Shown here: one piece after another, positions 59,458 to 64,000 of the stretch
How the letters are laid out: each line of letters begins with the position of its first letter
How positions within the stretch are numbered: the stretch's first letter is position 1
Virus record (IMG/VR): IMGVR_UViG_3300033073_001332
Span: 1-64,000 of that record
Direction: 5' to 3' (one strand)
Source: a virus
Lineage: Duplodnaviria > Caudoviricetes
Length of the DNA: 64,000 nucleotides
The notes under the pieces: generated by a model
Database searches by the model: none
Seen by the model: only the letters and a program-made list of their open reading frames with translations
Told to the model about the DNA's origin: nothing
Program-made: the position numbers and the translations under genes

Positions 59458-60780
59458 ATGGCCGATTTAAAACCAATTGGAAGTGAAAAACTTGAAGGTG
59501 TTGATAAATTAAGAAGGATAATGGAAATTGCCACTTATAGAGAAACTCCTAAAACAAATGTAGATAACCTGTCTACGGTAGATTATACTATACGTCTATC
59601 TGACGGAAATGTTTATGGAATTGTTAAAGAAAGACAAGGTTATATTCTAAAAAAAGGTATCAATGAATCTGAATTAGATTATTCAGAACCAATGAAAAAT
59701 AGAAAATACTATCGTTCATATTCTGAGGCTATGAAAAAATTGAATTTAATTGTAGCTGAAACAAATAGAATTACAGGTAATGAATATGAAATTCCTTTAA
59801 TCGGTGAACAACCTGAAGGAAAAAAAAAATTCGTTTTAAAAACCAATAAGAAAAAAACAGAACCTACAGATGTAGGGATGGAAACTCCTCCACCAGCACC
59901 TGAATTACCAGCAGCAGAAGCACCCGCACCTGAATTACCATCAGATGATATGGGTGGAGAAATGATGCCTGATATGGGCGGAGAAATGACACCTGAAACT
60001 GGTGATGAAATGGGTGCTGAAACAACACCTGATATGGGAGAAGAGGAACCTCCAATGGCTACCGCACCTGGTGATACTGATTTCGATACGGATGATGAAG
60101 AAGGTGGACCAAGTAACTTAAAATTAATTCAAAAACTTACAGGTAAATTAAGTCAAAAACTAAGAATGTTTGAAAAAGACAAAGGACTTGATTCACAAGA
60201 TATTAAATATGTTATGAATTCTATTATTTCTGCGATTGATTTAGGAAAATTAGATGATGATGATAGAGAAGATATCGTAAATAAACTTGAAGGTTTTGAT
60301 GAATACGGTAAAGAAGGTGAAGGCGAACTAGATTTTGGAGTTGAGGACGATTTCGATGCGGATAATGACATGGGAATGGGTGATGAAGAAATGGGTGACG
60401 AAGGAATTGGTGGTGAAGAAATGCCTGAAGAACCAATGGCACCTGAAGCAACTGAAGGTTATCAAAACGTAATGGATTCTATTTTTGGTGAATCGAAAGT
60501 AGAAAAGGTTTTATCAAATTATTTCAAAATTGAACCTGAAGAGGCTCCAATATTAGAAAACAAAAATAAATTAGATTATTTAAAAAGTAAAATCAATAAA
60601 ATAACACAAAAAGAAGAAGTGTTAAGACTTTCTATTAGTGAAAATCAAACTAAAAAGTCTTTAGTACTTTTGGAAGATTATTCAAATACTAGATTTATTG
60701 GTAAAACAAACAAAAATAATTTAATTTTTAATATTAACGGAAAAGAAGTAAAAGTCACACCAGAAGGACGAACTCTATGA
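59458..60780 (+). CDS. acidic low-complexity protein, possibly prohead core/scaffold-related
   Basis: D/E/M/G/P-rich linkers; located in the head gene cluster. Confidence 0.65.
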   Translation: MADLKPIGSEKLEGVDKLRRIMEIATYRETPKTNVDNLSTVDYTIRLSDGNVYGIVKERQGYILKKGINESELDYSEPMKNRKYYRSYSEAMKKLNLIVAETNRITGNEYEIPLIGEQPEGKKKFVLKTNKKKTEPTDVGMETPPPAPELPAAEAPAPELPSDDMGGEMMPDMGGEMTPETGDEMGAETTPDMGEEEPPMATAPGDTDFDTDDEEGGPSNLKLIQKLTGKLSQKLRMFEKDKGLDSQDIKYVMNSIISAIDLGKLDDDDREDIVNKLEGFDEYGKEGEGELDFGVEDDFDADNDMGMGDEEMGDEGIGGEEMPEEPMAPEATEGYQNVMDSIFGESKVEKVLSNYFKIEPEEAPILENKNKLDYLKSKINKITQKEEVLRLSISENQTKKSLVLLEDYSNTRFIGKTNKNNLIFNINGKEVKVTPEGRTL

Positions 60781-61181
60781 ATTTAGTTTTTATAAACGAA
60801 TTAGGTCCAAATTTTAGAGGAGATAATATATATGAATTTATCTTTTCAGATATTGATGACGTGCATGGTGATGAATGGGAAAGTGAGACCGCAAATGGTA
60901 AACCAACACCACCTTATGTTGAGTTTATAAAAAAAGTAGGTGTGTTAAAAAATTCAGAAATAGAATTAGAGTTAATACAAAACTCTGATTTTTTTGGAAT
61001 GTATGATGCTGTCGATGGAGTTATAGCATTAGGTTGGGAAAAACCTGATAACTACGACGGAAAAAGGTTAGTATTTCATTTTGGTGATGAATTAAAAAAT
61101 GTAGAAAATAAATTATACGAAAAAGATATCGTATTAAAATGGGAAAAAAATTTAATTAGTGATGAAAAATATGAATCCTAA
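60777..61181 (+). CDS. hypothetical protein
   Basis: ATGA-coupled ORF before terminase. Confidence 0.75.
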   Translation: MNLVFINELGPNFRGDNIYEFIFSDIDDVHGDEWESETANGKPTPPYVEFIKKVGVLKNSEIELELIQNSDFFGMYDAVDGVIALGWEKPDNYDGKRLVFHFGDELKNVENKLYEKDIVLKWEKNLISDEKYES

Positions 61182-61842
61182 ATTAGTTAGACTACTTCAC
61201 GAAGGGTTTTCAATTAATACATTAGAAAACTTATCAAACCAACAATTAAATGCGTTATATTCTAAACTTGTAAACGAACAACCAAAACCAGTTGAAAAAA
61301 CCGTGACTTCTAAAGTGGTAGAACTTCCTTCAGGTGCTCAAACGGTTATTGGAGGAGCTAAAGTAACTAATCAAGCAGGTAAAACGGTTATCACCACAAC
61401 ACCAAATGAAGGTGAATTAGAAGAAGATTTAGAAGACCCTATGGATTTTGAAATGGGTCAAAGAACGCAAAGACCAAAACAAGTAGGACCATCTACAGAT
61501 GATGGACAAGATAATTATGGTGATGGAATGCCTGCTGAGTCACTACAAGAAAAAGCGGTTTCAAAACAACAACAAAAAATTATGGGATTGGCTCTTTCAG
61601 TAAAAAGAGGAGATACTCCAAAATCAAAAGTTTCAAAGTCAGTCCAAAAAATGGCAAAAGAAATGTCAAAAAAAGAGCTTGAGGATTTCGCATCAACAAA
61701 ACATAAAGGATTACCAAAAACCGTAGATGAAAAAGAAGAGGTTGAGAAATTAGAAGAAAGTATTTTAAGAATTATTGAAAATCACTTACCTCCTCACACT
61801 ACAAAAGGTGAATTGTTAAACTACATTAGAAGAAACGCATAA
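61171..61842 (+). CDS. protein with DUF3008-like motif
   Basis: AVSKQQQKIMGLALSVKRG..MSKKELEDFASTKHKGLP. Confidence 0.7.
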   Translation: MNPKLVRLLHEGFSINTLENLSNQQLNALYSKLVNEQPKPVEKTVTSKVVELPSGAQTVIGGAKVTNQAGKTVITTTPNEGELEEDLEDPMDFEMGQRTQRPKQVGPSTDDGQDNYGDGMPAESLQEKAVSKQQQKIMGLALSVKRGDTPKSKVSKSVQKMAKEMSKKELEDFASTKHKGLPKTVDEKEEVEKLEESILRIIENHLPPHTTKGELLNYIRRNA

Positions 61843-61845
61843 TGA

Positions 61846-63621
61846 ATGTCGTTATCAAAAGAACAAATATTATTAGAGTATGCTAAATGCGTAAACGATA
61901 CGCCTTACGCACTTAGAACTTATCTACAAACTTACGATAACACACAATCCAAATACGTACCGTTAGAATTATTTAATGACCAAGTAACGTTAGTAAAAGA
62001 CTACGATACTTGTGAAGAAAATATTGCACTTAAGTATCGTCAGGCTGGAGTATCTACCGTAACATCTGCTTGGGCATCAAAACGATTGGTATTTGCTAAA
62101 AAATCAAAACCAGAAAAAATCCTAATTATCGCTAACAAACTTGATACTGCCGTGGAAATGGCAAACAAAGTTCGTGCGTTTGTTGAACAATGGCCTTCGT
62201 GGTTAGGTGTAGGATTTTCTCCTGAAAAAAACGCAGCAAGACATTTTAAGTTAACTAATGGTTGTGAGGTAAAGGCCGTTGCAACATCAAAAGATGCCTT
62301 ACGTGGGTATACCCCGACCATTCTTATATTTGATGAGGCTGCATACATCGATGCCGATGAAGATTTCTGGTCTGCGTGTATGGCATCCCTTTCAACAGGA
62401 GGTAAAGTTATTGTAATTTCAACACCAAACGGATTTGACCCAATCTACTATTCAATTTATAGTCAAGCAATCAAGGGTATGAATGACTTCAAGATTACTG
62501 AGATGTATTGGTTCAGAGACCCTAGATATTCTAAAGATTTGAAGTTAGTGAAGTGCGAGGACATAATTCACTATATGTTAAATAGAGGTGATTACAGAGA
62601 TGAGGATATTACTTTAGATTATTCAGAAATCAAAGTATCAGACCGTGACTTTGAAGATATAAAACAAAAAATAGAAAAAGGATATAAACCATATTCGTCT
62701 TGGTTTGAAGCGATGTCAAAAAAATTAAAGTTTGACAAACGTAAGATTTCCCAAGAGTTGGAATGTAACTTTTTAGGTTCGGGGGATAATGTTGTTCCTG
62801 CTGAAACCATGAAGAAAATTAAAGAAAACCATATCCGTGAACCCGAAAACAAATTTATGGGGGGTGCCCTTTGGCAATGGAAAGAACCCGTATCAGGTCA
62901 TAGATATATTATGGGTGTGGATGTATCACGAGGTGATAGTGAAGATTTTAGTACTTTATGTATCATAGATTTTGACTCAAGAGAACAAGTTTTAGAATAT
63001 ATTGGAAAAGTTCCACCTGACGTATTAGCTGAAATTGCATATAAATGGGGTACCATGTATAACGCATTTATTGTGATAGATATCACAGGAGGTATGGGTG
63101 TTTCTACATCAAGAAAATTACAAGAATTAGGATATAAACATTTATATGTTGACGGGGTTAATCCTGCCGATAAATGGAAATGGGACCCTAAAGCTCAAGA
63201 TAAAATACCGGGGATTAACTTTAACGCGAAAAGAGTTTTAATTATACAAGCGTTTGAGGAAGCATTAAGATTTGATTTTGCATTACGTTCACAAAGGTTA
63301 TTTAATGAACTGAATACGTTTGTTTACGTAAACGGAAGACCTGACCACCAAAAAGGACAGCATGACGATTTAATCATGTCCATGGCGATGGCTATCTATG
63401 TTGGTGAGTCTTCTTTTGCTCAACTTGAGAAGGCAACTGAACAAGCTAAAGCAATGATAGAATCATGGACAACAGAAAAAAATGAATTTAGAGATTCCTC
63501 TCAAAATTTCAATCCAGGATTACCTGTTGATATGTATAACCAATATGGTATGAGTGGATATCAGGCAACAAGAAGTGATTATGAGAAGTATTTATGGTTA
63601 TTCGGTAATAGAAGAGTTTAA
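61846..63621 (+). CDS. terL: terminase large subunit (T4 gp17-like)
   Basis: KYRQAGVST Walker A, LIFDEAA Walker B, ISTPNG, QELECNF, GVDVSRG nuclease motif, HDDLIM. Confidence 0.93.
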   Translation: MSLSKEQILLEYAKCVNDTPYALRTYLQTYDNTQSKYVPLELFNDQVTLVKDYDTCEENIALKYRQAGVSTVTSAWASKRLVFAKKSKPEKILIIANKLDTAVEMANKVRAFVEQWPSWLGVGFSPEKNAARHFKLTNGCEVKAVATSKDALRGYTPTILIFDEAAYIDADEDFWSACMASLSTGGKVIVISTPNGFDPIYYSIYSQAIKGMNDFKITEMYWFRDPRYSKDLKLVKCEDIIHYMLNRGDYRDEDITLDYSEIKVSDRDFEDIKQKIEKGYKPYSSWFEAMSKKLKFDKRKISQELECNFLGSGDNVVPAETMKKIKENHIREPENKFMGGALWQWKEPVSGHRYIMGVDVSRGDSEDFSTLCIIDFDSREQVLEYIGKVPPDVLAEIAYKWGTMYNAFIVIDITGGMGVSTSRKLQELGYKHLYVDGVNPADKWKWDPKAQDKIPGINFNAKRVLIIQAFEEALRFDFALRSQRLFNELNTFVYVNGRPDHQKGQHDDLIMSMAMAIYVGESSFAQLEKATEQAKAMIESWTTEKNEFRDSSQNFNPGLPVDMYNQYGMSGYQATRSDYEKYLWLFGNRRV

Positions 63622-63659
63622 TTTATTACTGATGAACCTATTATTTATATAAAAAAACT

Positions 63660-64000
63660 ATGGCAGAACAAAAATATACCGTTTGGCAAAGATTGAGTAA
63701 AGTTTTCGGACCGAATGCTACTTTGGACCAACAATCGCCTGTTTTCAAATTTGATAAAAAAGAGTTACTTAAAACAACAAGTAAAAGTGAATTTGAAAAA
63801 GAAAAATTACAAGCTCAACAAACCATGTATATTGGTAAACAATGGCAAAAAGTTGAGAATAATTTATATACCCAAGCCGTTTATTACGAACCAACAAGAA
63901 TGGCGTCGTATTACGACTACGAATCAATGGAATATACACCAGAAATTTCAGCAGCGTTAGATATCTATGCTGAAGAATCTACAACACCGGATAAAGACGG
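63660..64000 (+). CDS. portal protein (T4 gp20-like), 5' part, truncated by window end
   Basis: Translated by hand: MAEQKYTVWQRL...YDYESMEYTPEISAALDIYAEES; follows terminase; TATTTATA at 63642. Confidence 0.8.
   Translation, partial: MAEQKYTVWQRLSKVFGPNATLDQQSPVFKFDKKELLKTTSKSEFEKEKLQAQQTMYIGKQWQKVENNLYTQAVYYEPTRMASYYDYESMEYTPEISAALDIYAEESTTPDKD

Noticed and set aside
63715-63960. 81-aa ORF from the track
   Set aside because: Out-of-frame overlap with the portal ORF that starts at 63660 and runs off the window
1-64000. Stop-codon reassignment as in some huge phages
   Set aside because: Long genes are intact in the standard code, and TAG and TGA end genes at sensible boundaries (e.g. 650, 21371, 50624)
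1-64000. Bacterial chromosome or eukaryotic giant virus origin
   Set aside because: T4-like terminase and portal, ORFan density, bacterial-type terminators, promoters and tmRNA point to a large bacteriophage; clpC, uvrC and FKBP are isolated auxiliary genes

Overview
This AT-rich, gene-dense window looks like part of a very large (jumbo/huge) tailed phage genome with T4-like head genes: terminase large subunit at 61846 and the start of a gp20-like portal at 63660. The host is most likely Bacteroidota, because there are TAnnTTTG/TTG host-type promoters and a gene with a T9SS type-B sorting domain. The standard genetic code fits. Main content: (1) About 20 genes, mostly on the + strand, encode proteins with shared short Glu-ending N-terminal leaders (ITESxL..RIVNE or LxEEIxRIKxLM) fused to unrelated cargo (GNAT, PAP2 phosphatase, NlpC/P60, peptidoglycan-binding/hydrolase and others). 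Many sit just downstream of a strand-specific TATTTAT motif, which suggests a late-expressed, capsid-targeted cargo system. (2) A 9.6-kb gene encodes about 930 proline-free Gly-X-Y (Ser/Thr/Asn) triplets. It lies beside a glycosylation cluster (five-domain GT/AAH-TibC-like heptosyltransferase/FkbM fusion, a GT9, a degenerate GT4 paralog) and three LamG-domain proteins, which suggests a phage-encoded glycosylated giant fibre. (3) A proteostasis module: tmRNA with a non-canonical tag, an M20/M28 peptidase, a ClpC lacking its N-domain, and a divergent tandem-UVR protein with TGAC-N5-GTCA palindromes. (4) UV repair genes (UvrC-like, pyrimidine-dimer glycosylase), an FKBP PPIase, KTSC and a nucleotidyltransferase. 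All family assignments come from motif recognition by eye; no database searches were run.
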